A stretch of DNA of 61,566 bases, counting the filler, from Sphacelaria rigidula (taxonomy: Eukaryota): assembly GCA_964200075.2 (NCBI GenBank). It is 10 parts of 10 records of this genome, joined end to end, with 100 filler letters (N's around TTAATTAATTAA, not from the genome) between each part and the next. Parts side by side here need not be neighbours in the genome. Positions count along the whole stretch, not along the records: positions 12,335 to 18,401 come from CAXNAA020022460.1; positions 18,502 to 24,568 come from CAXNAA020022461.1; 8 more parts are not named here. One strand, given 5' to 3'. Each line of letters opens with the position of its first letter. Within the stretch, counting starts at the first letter, position 1. Shown piece after piece: positions 12,335-23,982 of the stretch. Below the pieces are notes generated by a model, which saw only the letters and a list, made by a program, of their open reading frames with translations, was not told where the DNA came from and ran no database searches. The position numbers and the translations under genes are program-made.

Positions 12335-12405
12335 TGCTCCGTCTCGAAAGGGATGCGTGGTCAATTGGTCAAACGACTAAGGCAAGCAACACATGAGAAC
12401 GCCCC
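12335..12405 (+). repeat. Structured C-tract-associated repeat, short subfamily A
   Basis: tgctccgtctcgaaagggatgcgtggtcaattggtcaaacgactaaggcaagcaacacatgagaacgcccc; the contig begins inside it. Confidence 0.85.
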
Positions 12406-12692
12406 TGCCTTAAAATATTTTCTTGCGTATCCCAGCGTTGGTACAGCAACTTTCATCAGAATACATATCTCAATCCGGAGGGCGCGGTGGGGGATGGTAT
12501 CTTTTACCTTTTATCGGGACAGAAATGCAACGTACCTCCACCTTCATGGATTGGGCGGGCGCGCCGGAGTTTGTGTTTCAGCGTTGTGTAAGGCACATAA
12601 CCGCCCCGATAGCGGTAGTATTTACCGCATCAGACGATAACACCCTCTCGGAGTCTTGAAAATGCCGGAAGCAAAAAGCTACGTAGACGTAC

Positions 12693-13598
12693 GACTTTCA
12701 GGCTGGCGAAACGACGGGTGATACAAAGGCTGGTCATGCTCATCCTTGATTTTCCGAAGGATTTGTGGGGCTCTACAGGCTGGTCACACGACGTGAGACT
12801 ATGAGCATTGCCCTCGATTCCTGACTCAAGGGGATCGCCTGGCTATAACAGTGCGTATTCATTCTCATACAGCTATTCTGCGACTAGGTTCAGTGGGCAG
12901 AATATCCTGGGGAGGTCAACACTCGTCTCCCAACATCTACAATAGTGACGGCGTCACCTCCAAATGGTAAATGCGCACTCCTTCCAATCTTTTCGGATCC
13001 CCAACTCTCAAACGCAGAGTAGAGAGGCAAGATATGTACACCCCCAAGGGCTTGGAAATACCACGTAAAAAATAAGTTTGTAGACGTTCGTCCAGATATC
13101 TGTTTTTTTGGCAATCTAGACGACAAGCCGGGTGTCAAGACTAGATATCGTTATTCTTGCCTTGATGTCAGCAACGCGCACACCGAATCTCGCAACAATC
13201 AAGCAAGAAGTTCATGATTTTGATCCGTATATCGATCCTTTCCCGGAGTGCCGCCACCAGGCCGTATCGGATCACAACCAAGGGAGGAATGAAGAAATGA
13301 AATGAAAAACTGCAAGTAAAAAACAACAGCACGTGTACAAAACCATTCAAAGGTCAACTTTGATCTGTTTCTTCATTCGCACCTCAAGCGCCCGAACGAG
13401 GTTGTCGAACGCCATAGCCACTCCCTGTGCGCAGGACATCTCGTGTAGGTATCCCTCTCTGACGCGCAGCTTGGCTACCCTCCACCTTGTGTCCGCGTCC
13501 TCCACATCCCGGAGAGCAACGAAATACCACCTGGGGCTGCGAGTGTTTAGAGCAAGCGAATATCGACCAATCAGGTACATGCCGTCGAAAGCGCAACC
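12693..13598 (-). CDS. Three spliced exons (13383-13598, 12958-13050, 12693-12842) of an unknown protein, possibly JmjC/cupin-like
   Basis: Three stop-free phase-0 exons with AG/GT borders: GCAFDGMYLIGRYSLALNTRSPRWYFVALRD...RALE|PLGVYISCLSTLRLRVGDPKRLEGVRIYHLE|PGDPLESGIEGNAHSLTS... Confidence 0.45.
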
Positions 13599-13870
13599 CT
13601 TGGAAATAAGGAAATGTCATCGGGGGATAGGGACGACTGAAGGAGAGCAAGGAAACATCGATCCTATTCCAGCAGTCGTCGTCAAGAGTGCACGTGTAGA
13701 GAACACGATGATGGCGTGGTGATACAAGAGTACTTCAAAACGGCGCGATCTATGGAGGGCGACGTAAAACAAAGAGAGTACAAGTCACGTCAAAAAGAAG
13801 TAAGAGACAAAGTCGACGGATTACATACATCATCACATACTGTACCGCCAACAAGTTGCATTCTTGGCCG

Positions 13871-13910
<40 letters not shown>

Positions 13911-14333
13911 CAAAACACACGCCCATGCGGACGAAAAAGACGTTCCAAGCAGGAGAAATCATTCCGAACTATAGTTTCGTGTACGATCTACAACTCCCTT
14001 CGTGAACAGCAGATGAAAAATGCCAAGCAGAAAATATACCCTCGATCTAAACCCACTGCTGCTTCTGATCTCATACGCAAGGGTTCCTGCGTGAAAAATG
14101 ATATGCTATACCGAGAAGCGATTTTTTTCGTGGAAATTGGGCGGGGATAGCGATGTTGCGAAGAGCGAGCTTGCCCCGTGTGTTGACGTGGCCTGAGCTG
14201 AACTCGAGGGTCGAGTGCTGGGGGTACATCCAGGCCAGGTATTCATGGTCAGCTGATCAGTGCATTAAAGCCAGCTGATCATTCCCGGGTACACTCCTGT
14301 ATATAACTACAAAGGGGTTGGGCTGGCAGCATA

Positions 14334-14546
14334 TTGTAATGCGTGAGAGAACCGCGTGCTTAGAGGACTACATCGCAATTTCAAAATCGCTTTGGTTATG
14401 GTTAGGGTTAGGGTTAGTGTTGCGGTTAGGGTCAGGGGCGTGGTCCCTGCAGGGACTGGCTCAATTGGTCCTGAAAAACGTCGATCCTGAGGCGTTTCGA
14501 ACTATGGTGCGGTCCTCTAAGCACGCGGTCCTCTCACGCATTACAG
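14334..14546. mobile_element. TA-flanked (Tc1/mariner-like) MITE with internal GGGTTA repeats
   Basis: About 38-bp TIRs (tgtaatgcgtgagagaaccgcgtgcttagaggac / gtcctctaagcacgcggtcctctcacgcattaca), TA on both sides, ggttagggttagggttag inside. Confidence 0.75.
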
Positions 14547-14929
14547 TACTTTCCATAGTGCACGCACATATAGGCTGTTGATTCCGTCGTCTGTTGCATC
14601 GTCCGTGCAGAGATGGAAACGCCGTCGACGGCATGCTCAAAGCAAGCGAATGCTTGCTGCTCGATGGATGCTGAAAGATTAACACATGTCGAAGTAAAAT
14701 GATCACACCCTGGACAAAAGACGGTATTTATTGCGATAGCAAGAGAATCTGCTGCAGTAAATATCGATATTTTCGTCCGTAATGGCCATCGATCGGCACG
14801 TTTCTCCTTCCATTGTCGTCGGCAATGTCTATCGATAGACCAGTTTCCCACACTCTTGTTTGGGCAGCAGTCGGCTGTGGCCCTACACCGAAATTTCTCG
14901 CGGCCGACCAAATGCATCGAGCGATAGCT

Positions 14930-15110
14930 TTCCAGATCTATTGATGACGACAATGGCTATCGATAGACCGCATGCCAAATGTATTAATGACGATGGCTAT
15001 TGACAGAGTGCATACCAAATCTATTGATGACGGCAATAGCTATTGATAGATTGCGTATGAATCTATGCATGGCGGCAATGAATATCGATAGATACACATC
15101 TGAATCTACT
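14930..15110 (+). repeat. About 41-bp degenerate minisatellite; second array at ~16555-16750
   Basis: Units of ctattgatgacggcaatggctatcgataga plus ~12 variable nt; both arrays in the same orientation. Confidence 0.8.
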
Positions 15111-15647
15111 GTGGTATACATCGCCTTCCGATAGATATTCTCTGTCGTCTATTGCCACGCATACATCGGAACCTACTACGTATAGAATATATTATACTCC
15201 GCTAAGCTTCGGCAGAGAAGCCGCAGGTGGACATACAGCGGGTATATAATGACGCTACTTGTGAATATATGACATACTTGTGGGGATCCGCAATATGTGG
15301 GGACAAAAGTTTACAACGTCAGTGTGGTGGTCGTACTCATGGCTGTCCCTCTGATGAACATGAGCACTCACAGTACTTTTATTTGTGGGTGAGATGTGCT
15401 GATACCCTGGACAATAGACTATGTAACATTAATAGAACATTGGCGCTGCATTAGCCCCGAATATTTGACTGTTAATCTTCACCGTCAGGCATAATCGACT
15501 GGCATCAATGTCTATCGATAGCTATGGTAGATGACAATAGACTCGGGACAAGGGGCACAATGTATCATTGCCGTGACAATTGAGGGGCCGAGTTGTCTAT
15601 CGATACAATTTATTTGTTGCAATAGGCGCTGCATCGTGGCCACCAAT

Positions 15648-16070
15648 AACAGCCTGGATCCGTTTTTGAGGTTCAACGTTTTCATCAGTTTCAACTCGAA
15701 AACAGTGCTTTCCCTGACCTAAAGTCATGACCGATGAATTTCGCATGGACGATCTCATGCCCCCCGACCTTCTTCAAACTATTTTTGGGGTTGCCCGTCT
15801 TCCGTGCCCCCACAGCGTATATGCGAAAGCATGTTTTCGCCTCGATATCGGGGCGAAAAAGGGGACGTTCTTAGCCCGAAATTGGTGTTTTGGCATATAC
15901 ACTTTGGGGGCACGGAAGACGGGCAACCCCCGAAAATAGTTTAAAGCAGGTCGGGGGGCATGAGGTCGTCCATATGAAATTCATTGGTCATGACTTTAGG
16001 TTAGGGGAAGCACTGTTTTCGAGTTGAAACTCATGAAAATGTTGAACCTCAATAACGGATCCAGGCTCTT
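15648..16070. mobile_element. Foldback MITE with ~180-bp TIRs and 4-bp CAAT target duplication
   Basis: agcctggatccgtt...cagcgtatatgc is mirrored by gcatatacact...aacggatccaggct; caat at 15644-15647 and 16071-16074. Confidence 0.85.
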
Positions 16071-17499
16071 CAATGCCTACTGCTGATCACAATAGGATCT
16101 GCCGCGCGACCACCACTACATAGAGTGGTGGTCACAATAGGATCTGAATTGCGCCCATCAATGTCTATTGAGGATCACAATAGAATCTGGATCGCGGTCA
16201 CCAATGTCTACCGCTAATCACAATGTTTTTTTTTATCGCGGCCACTAATATTTATTGCTGACCACAAACGTACCTGAATGGCGTCGATCACTAGCGCTAT
16301 GTATTCACATATTTCGATGTATGTTTCCACCTTATTCCACAGAAGCTATGGTGAGCTATCGCCTCAGGTCGTTGCGTGTTCATGTGAAAGGGGTATTACT
16401 GTTGATGTCATACGACCACTGCAGTGAGCATTCTGTTTTTCAAATCCTATCGTTGGCGTCACTGGCTATCGATAGGTGCTCCCGAGAACAATCGGTTGTT
16501 GACGGCAATGCCCACATTGATATATACCAAACAATGCATTGTTGGGGGCAGAGATTACTGATAGATGGCTCACTAAATCTGTGATGACGGTAATAGGTAT
16601 TGATAGATGGCTCACCTAATCTATTGATGACGGCAATGGCTACCGATGGACGGCCCACCAAACCTATTGATAACGGCAATAACAATCGATGGATGGCTCA
16701 CCAAACCTATTGATACGGCAATGGCTATCGATATGTACATCCCGAAATCGATTGCGGTACACGATGTCCATCGATGGCGAGTGATCTTTATCCATTGTAG
16801 TTGCCATAGGCTATCGATCGACTACTGCAACATCCATTATTCCTTGCAATACATATCAATACATGTGTTTCATCATCTATCGTGTTCGACAATATACAGA
16901 GACAATTTTTCCCCCGTGTCAATTGCTGAAGCAATGGACTATTATCGTGTCCATTGTCCAGAATGTGAAAATGATTGCATTTGGCCCAGCTCACGACTGC
17001 AGCATACATGAGGGAACCAAAAAACACCAAAGCACTACACCAGTCCAGCACACGGCCACTCGCCACTCATACTGTAGCTTGTGTTCGACGCTACGCTGCT
17101 ATTGGATAGAGCGTGCAATGTGCTCTCGTTGGATGCGGACGGGTATGAGTGTGCCTTCGGAGGAGACTAGTGACATGGGGCAGCGCTACTGACTGTTGTT
17201 TTCAGTCAGTAGCTGTCTGCACAGATGTTTGTTGCAACTTGTGTGCATGTGGCAAAGACGTGATCAACCATGCGTGCCAACTTCCGAACCTTCCACAGGG
17301 GTGTGGTCCTAGACCATCCCGCATTTTGGCAAATGTATGGGGTAAAAATAAAAGAGAGAACGTCCACCATATTCGCAGTAGAGTCGACACTTCGAAATCG
17401 ACACCCTGTCGGTCTCCAAAACCGAAGGGTTGAAAGCCGTGATGTATGATACGCTCTCTTCTCCGTTCCTTTCTTTCGAGGGAGAGGGGGGAGGGGGGT

Positions 17500-17568
17500 G
17501 GCGTACTCATTTGTTGCTTGCCTTAGTCGTTTGACCATTGACCACGCATCCCTTTCGAAACGGAGCAC
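17500..17568 (-). repeat. Structured C-tract-associated repeat, subfamily A
   Basis: Reverse complement nearly identical to the 56351 copy; G-rich tracts on both sides. Confidence 0.9.
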
Positions 17569-17986
17569 TAGGGGGGGGAGGGGGGGTACGTTTCATGGGA
17601 AAGTACGCCGTTTTGACGCTCTCCACGACAAGAAGCAGCGGCAACGATTGCGTTTCTTCCAAGCGATTTGGCACCGGGGAAGAGAAATAACCTCATTTTC
17701 AAACATCGTCATTTGTTTTTATCACATATCCCTGTCGAGCAAAGGTCTGGGATGCTTGATATGAAACATTGTGTGGTAGGGGACGTTGACGTCGGCCGAT
17801 CAGGGTCCGGGACAGTGGGCTTGTCCTTGTTGGCCATAATCGAGGACTAGGATATTGGCGAAAATGTATATCTGATTCGTGTTTTCTTCCGCCAAAGGGC
17901 CGGGACAACACGAAAGAAAAACAAAATGCCGCCCTCGCCTCCATCGCAGCAAACAACACAGAAGAAAAACAAATCACCGTCCTCAC

Positions 17987-18073
17987 CTGTCGGGAAAGGT
18001 TGTTACGCTGATCGAGCTCCCCGGTCAACTGGCTCGCCGCTCCTTCCGACTTCTCCCGCTCGTCATCGAATTG
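17987..18073 (-). CDS. Orphan internal exon, coiled-coil-like
   Basis: ccgcAG acceptor, CAG|GTgagg donor, phase 0/0; QFDDEREKSEGAASQLTGELDQRNNLSRQ. Confidence 0.55.
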
Positions 18074-18255
18074 CTGCGGCATATCACGTACGTCATGGAG
18101 GCGCAGGGCGAGAGGCAACGTGACTCGTAACACAAGATGAACACAACGTCAGCGAGGACGGGCTAGCAAAACAAAAGCTTGGATTGTATATCCACTCTAG
18201 CGTAGCACAGCTTGAGCGTGAATTGACCCAAAGATGACCCCCTCTTCGTTCACCT

Positions 18256-18323
18256 TGCTCCGTCTCGAAAGGGATGCGTGGTCAATGGTCAAACGACTGC
18301 GGCAAGCAATAAATGAGTACGCC
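18256..18323 (+). repeat. Structured C-tract-associated repeat, subfamily A
   Basis: Same ~69-bp core, followed by a C run. Confidence 0.9.
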
Positions 18324-18934
18324 CCCCCCAATGGTCACAAGACGAAGGCCAGCAACAAAAGAGTATCCCCCGGCCCCAAGCGCCAGACGAGCCGCCGATC
18401 GNNNNNNNNNNNNNNNNNNNNNNNNNNNNNNNNNNNNNNNNNNNNTTAATTAATTAANNNNNNNNNNNNNNNNNNNNNNNNNNNNNNNNNNNNNNNNNNN
18501 NGGGGGAACACAGAGTTTCTCCTCTATGAAAATGCCGGTCTTCCTAACTGCAAACACTTTGGTGCCCATTGGTTTCTAATAAGAACGTTAAATTGTCGAT
18601 TTGTGATGGTACTGTACTGATTCGCAGATGCCAATGACAGGAAAGATTCATAGTCCTGTTCGACAGTACCTTCGAACGCTTGAACGGACCCAAAGCAGAC
18701 ACTTTCCCTCGGGTTAGGAGAGTCATTCAACATCTACTACGCCTTGGTGTATTTTGGCTACATGCCACATGTCGGCCCAGACTCTCCAGTACATGGGCAC
18801 CCCCCCCTTGAATAGACCACTAATTCGATTTGCAGATGACGGACCAACTCGTCGGTGCCGAGCCTACAACCGTTCTCAGGCTGAATCACTTCGCAGAAAG
18901 CTCTTGTCAGATTTCGGCTGGTAAAGCCGCTTAT

Positions 18935-19374
18935 TATAGTCGGAAAGGAGTTACTGCGGACAAATGCCCTTTTTGAGGGATATATCGCAGGTTTTCGGCG
19001 GCATACGGGTCTTGGCGGATTGGTACTCCTCGGAAATATTTACTACAACTTCCAAGAAGAGTCTTCTCCTGCACCTTTGCGATATTTCGTGCGCCCAGTT
19101 CCACCTTCGGCCGGAGTACTGTTTTTCTCCAACAGCCCCACACGTGTTCCCGATTCCAAGAACAATGACATATATTCCGAAATCCGGAGCTGGACTACGG
19201 TCAAGAGTATTACTGGGCGCACGGGAAATCGGAAAATAGCGCTAGACTCTTCTTTGTAAAGTATGGCAAATCTTGCCGAGGAGGCCCAATCCGCCAAGAT
19301 CCGTCCTCCGCCAAATATCTGTGATGGATCGCTAAAAAATGGCAATTTTCCGACAGTCCTTTTTTTTACTATAA
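18935..19374. mobile_element. Old MITE with imperfect ~100-bp TIRs
   Basis: ttatagt...tcttggcggattggtactcctcgg is mirrored by ccgaggaggcccaatccgccaaga...actataa. Confidence 0.6.
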
Positions 19375-19479
19375 AGAGCGGTCGAACTCATAAAATTGGG
19401 GTGGGTACTCCACTTTCGGTGGACGTTTTTCGGTAATGGCACTGTATTCAAAGTTTAATGTTACATACAAGGGTCTGTA

Positions 19480-19775
19480 AAAAATATCACGGATGTGTAC
19501 GAAGGACAATCCGCTCCNNNNNNNNNNCGCACCGCTCCGTGGCATTTGTAGGGGGCGGATATCCGCACCGTGAAAATCCGTGATTTCTCCCACTGGCGGA
19601 TATCCGCTCCACTCCGCTCCACTCGGCTCCGTACCATATTCGAAAAATACGCTCCCCACCGTGACATTTTCGTTGGCGAATATCCGCTCCGCAATAAGCC
19701 GTGATTTTCCCGATGTACGGATATCCGCTCCGCTTCGGTCCGTGATAATTTCGAAAAAAACGCTCCGCTCCGTAA
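19480..19775. repeat. Degenerate atccgctcc/ccgtga repeat cluster (contains a 10-N gap)
   Basis: Repeated ggatatccgctcc and ccgtga motifs. Confidence 0.6.
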
Positions 19776-19844
19776 AGATTACAGCTTCGCGGTTGGAAGC
19801 GTGAAACACGGTTTTCTACGGTGCGGGTTTATCCACTCCGTAGG

Positions 19845-20390
19845 TAATCCGTGCGTCCTCCGCGCATAACTTACGGATCGAACCGCTAAAAAGACACGGA
19901 TTTCCACGGATGAATTTGTTCTGAATGCCGGATAACTCAGAATTCGAAGTATAAAAAAAGCGTTCTGGATAAGCAATTCGCCGATACGGTTCTGAAAGTC
20001 TGCACTCCGTACTCCATGCATCCGTGCGTTCTCCGTAGCATATCTCAGATCAAACCGCTGAAAAGCCACGGATTTCCACGGAAGAAATTGCCCTGAATGC
20101 CGGATAACTCAGAGTTCGAAGTATAAAAAGTATCGTTCTGTATGAGCGATTCGACTGTATGGTTCTGAATTTTTACTCCGTACTTCATCCGTGCGTTCTC
20201 CGTAGCATCACTCAGACCAAACCGCTGAAAAACCACAAAATCCCACGGATAAATTGTTCCGAATGCCGGATAAGTTGGAATTCGAAGTTCAGAAATATTG
20301 TTCTGGATAAGCACTTCGCTGCAGTAGAAGTTACCACTCGGTAGTTGACGGATAGTTCTCGGAAATTTACGGCTTGTGGACAGGTGATGA
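19845..20390 (+). repeat. About 170-bp tandem repeat (~3 copies) followed by a terminus shared with the hAT-like MITE at 28914
   Basis: ccgtgcgttctccgtagcat...aaccgctgaaaa...gaatgccggataa recurs at ~19849, 20022 and 20189. cagtagaagttaccactcggtagttgac at ~20322 matches the MITE TIR. Confidence 0.75.
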
Positions 20391-20636
20391 TGAGTTTCAA
20401 CGTTTGTATGTTCTCGCATATTTACGATGATTGTAATCGTTCTCTACACAGTATGTGGAACCAAAAATGTAGTAGCACGTCACCTCTTGTCGTCATCGAC
20501 GGTTTCGGATCAACCGCAGACGTCTTCGAGCTCGTACGCACGCTACACTCAGGACAGTCCCGGATGAATTTTGACAGCTCCGCAGCTAGTACTGTCTGAC
20601 TGCTTGTCTGTGTGTTTGTCTGTTTGTCTGTCTGCC

Positions 20637-20640
<4 letters not shown>

Positions 20641-20722
<82 letters not shown>
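20641..20722. repeat. Compound (TC)n(AC)n microsatellite
   Basis: Direct observation. Confidence 0.95.
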
Positions 20723-20726
<4 letters not shown>

Positions 20727-22847
20727 AGGCGCACTGCTACTGGCGAATGTTTCCAGCTCAATTTTTCGAGCTACCGTGCGTCATCAACAGCTGTATTTCA
20801 TGGAGTGGGATCGGTAGACGCTCACGACTCTTTGTCACAGGGAAACGTAATCGTCTCATATTCATTGATCTAGCTAAATCTAAGGCTTTCACGGTGAATA
20901 TAATACAATTTCGCTGGCCAGACTTTTCACGGACCATCGCTCGGCTTTCGCGACGAGGCATTTGCGCGGCTCTGTTATAAGATCAAGGAAGGTTAGCTCA
21001 TGCTTAAAACCGGCAGCTGGTCCCGTCTTGTATCATTTTTAATCGATGTACACACTCCGTACCCGCGGTCGAAAGTCCAATGTAGTTGAATAGTCACGAA
21101 ATGGTTTGTACAGCCTACGCTCCCGAATCATGAGGCGAATACTCACTAGGACGTTGGAGTCAGCAGTGAGTGACCGTCGAGCGGACGTTCGAAAGGTGCC
21201 AGCTCTCATTATTTTGGTCACCAGATGTTTTAATTATGTTCTCTTTTCGAATCATCGTCGAGTTGGAAAGCCGAGTGCCACCTCCTGAAGCCGGAATGGC
21301 CACTTGCGGCACCGGATCTCCTTACGTTGGCCAAATGTATCCTAATTCTTCATGATTTATTTCTGTTTCGCTTGTATCGCGTTTTGTGAGTTTTTCTCCG
21401 GGTCTATATTTGTTTTTCATATCGGTTTTATTCGATATCCTCTCCCCTCATTATAGGCAGCTAGCCTGTGACCACGGAAGGGGTCCGCATCATATGCCAA
21501 GTACGAATGTACCGCGCAGATATCGGAACGGTATTTAATGTGAAGACAACAAAACCAAGAGCGAAGAAGCCGTGGAATTGTTGTTTTCTTCTTCGGGCAA
21601 AATTCCTCGTCATGACGTTATTCGAAGGCGCTTGCTATTAATTAGAGACTGCTTCACACAAGGTAGATACCGTAGTCGGAACAAAGCGAATCGCGAATAA
21701 TCGAGGTCCATTGGCACACCTCCCTCTAAGCCCACGATGATGGCGGGGTTAGTCACCCCCCCTCCCCCCCCCCTCCCCTCTTCATGAGACTCGTTGAACA
21801 CACGACGGCGCTTCGTGCTTGGTGATTGAGTGCAAGCCCGGTCCGCCGAAAACCCGGCGTGCTCCCGTCCCGGCTTTGTAGGGATGAGGCGTCAATGGTA
21901 TGATAACTACGGTATGCACCATCATGAGTACACCCCTCCCTCTTCCGCGGGATGGTTCGTTTTTGAATCGGCTGCATTTTGGCGGAGAGATGTTTTATTC
22001 GTTGGACGTTCTGCTACTTCCGGCGTACTTACGACCTAAACCTTGTGCCGACATTTGAGGTAGTGCTCACAGGTGATGTAAAGGAAAATACACAATTGCG
22101 ATCAGCTAGCCTGGTGACGCCCGGGCTTCATCCGTACCCGCGAATGCCGACCAACTGCAAGACAGACAATGGAATGCGCCCACTCTGACGAAATATACGC
22201 CAAACAAAATTTCACGTGGGTCTGTCACACGATACGAAGAAAATAATGTCGTGTGTGCACAGAACAGCTGCAAAATTGCTCCAGTAGTCATTAAATCCGC
22301 CAATGTCGCTATGCGGTATGGCAATAGCCGACGTGCGCCGCATTATTTTTTTCGTGAAGGTTGTCGGAGAATAACTCATGTAAGGAATACAACATTTCAA
22401 ATTCAAATGGCTTCAACTATTATTCACGTCCGTTTTTGTCGTGAAGGTCGGTCACTTCTTCGGCATTCATGGTGTGGTATTTGCCAAAACGTAGCCCGTG
22501 AAGTTCGGAAATTTCATGTGTGCAAAGCCGGTCGACCGAAAGAAAACGGCCGTCGACCGGGCCGGGTCGTGCAGCTATTACAAGCGGGGCATGCAATACA
22601 CGTGGACCAAGGCAACCGATGGTGTAGTAGTGTTCACCAAATATCGTTAACCATTATTCCAATAACACATCCGTACGCCCCTGAAGCACATATACTGACC
22701 GTACAAAACATCGACATATACCTTGTGCATCGACAACAGGAGCTCCTAGCAAGAAAGACCATCTGTACGCCTTACAACAACAAGCCTTCGCTCAGAAATG
22801 TCACTGCAACTCTACCGAACCGATCACAAGATCGCATCAGGGGATTC

Positions 22848-23671
22848 CTACAAAAGCACCGCCCGCAGCTCCACATGTCCATTTTTCACCCCCACGAGAT
22901 TGTCTTTGGGATGCCCGACTACGTTGCCCACGAGGCGATCCACCGTCCTGCGGTTGATTGCCTGGTTCTCGAGCTCATTTACAAGAGTAACCGTAAAAGC
23001 AAAAGAATTACAGCCCATCACGTTCAGAGAACAGAGGAATATTTTCTTCTTGGCATGATTCCGCTCGTGGGTGTTGAGGTTGACGCCAGGCAACTCGTCG
23101 CACATCCTTAGCCCACCAAATTAAGCTCGACATTGCGGGCCGTGATTTGTTTCGTGAGGTCCGTCGGGGGATAGGCACAGTCCGGCGCACTTCCCGAGAA
23201 CCGGATGACGTTGTCGAACGTGGGCGTTTGCGGGCGGGTCGATGTTGAAGGGAAGGCCATAGCCTTCGACTAATCCCTCCTCACTCGCACTTTCTCCAGG
23301 ATTGAAGCCGGACTGTGCAATCTGCGAGCACTTCACAGCGTGGACGGGGGTCCCAAACCCAGCCCCGCCACGTAGAATATGCACTGCGGGAGTAGTGACG
23401 GTAACAAACAGCAATTTTCAGCAGGGGAAGAAGTATAGAAGATGTAACGGAGAGGGCGCTGCTGAAACGGAGAACACCACTTCCTCGTGTTCACCGTGAG
23501 GAAACAGGAAAAGCACGTCCCAGGGGAACCAAGAAAGGGGCGTGAATCAATCTTGGTAACTTTGAATACAATGAAAAAGAGTCGACTACAGCATTAAATG
23601 GCCGCACCTGCTTCATCCTTCATGCGGTCTTCGGCGGGTTGTAGTTCGGCAGCGATGAAGTCCACCTTGCC
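22848..23671 (-). pseudogene. Spliced KDZ (Kyakuja-Dileera-Zisupton)-like transposase C-terminal fragment with a premature stop
   Basis: Exon 23608-23671 (ctgcAG ... G|GTgcgg, phase 1) joins an exon starting at 23383. The frame reads ...LSPDGPHETNHGPQCRA*FGGLRMCDELPGVNLNTHERNHAKKKIFLCSLNVMGCNSFAFTVTLVNELENQAIN, fitting the DxxHxxNHxxxC...NxxxxE pattern. Confidence 0.5.
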
Positions 23672-23913
23672 CTGCAGAAAAGAACCCGACGGAGATTGCT
23701 GTAGGTCGGCAACACACAGGACAAAAAATCTGCCCTCAATTCGTAAAATTACGTGTCAGACCACGGTGGAGATACTAAAAAAATTACATCTCTTTCCCTG
23801 GTTTTTTAGCAACTGACCGTTTGTCACTAAAAATGCAAATTCGGTCAAGAAAAATACTGTGACCATCGGGAAACGAAAACATGCCCTGGGAGTCATCATA
23901 CGATGGGGGGGGG

Positions 23914-23982
23914 GGCGTACTGTTGTGCTGCTTGCCTCAGTCGTTTGACCATTGGCCACGCATCCCGTTCGAGACGGAGCAC
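23914..23982 (-). repeat. Structured C-tract-associated repeat, subfamily A
   Basis: Same core, abutting a G run on the plus strand. Confidence 0.88.

Noticed and set aside
14930..16750. 41-bp repeats as a CRISPR array
   Set aside because: Variable parts are only ~12 nt and related to each other, the repeats are degenerate, there are no cas genes, and the context is eukaryotic.
22251..23111. 286-aa plus-strand ORF as a gene
   Set aside because: No recognisable domain; much of it is codon-aligned antisense to the minus-strand transposase-like frame.
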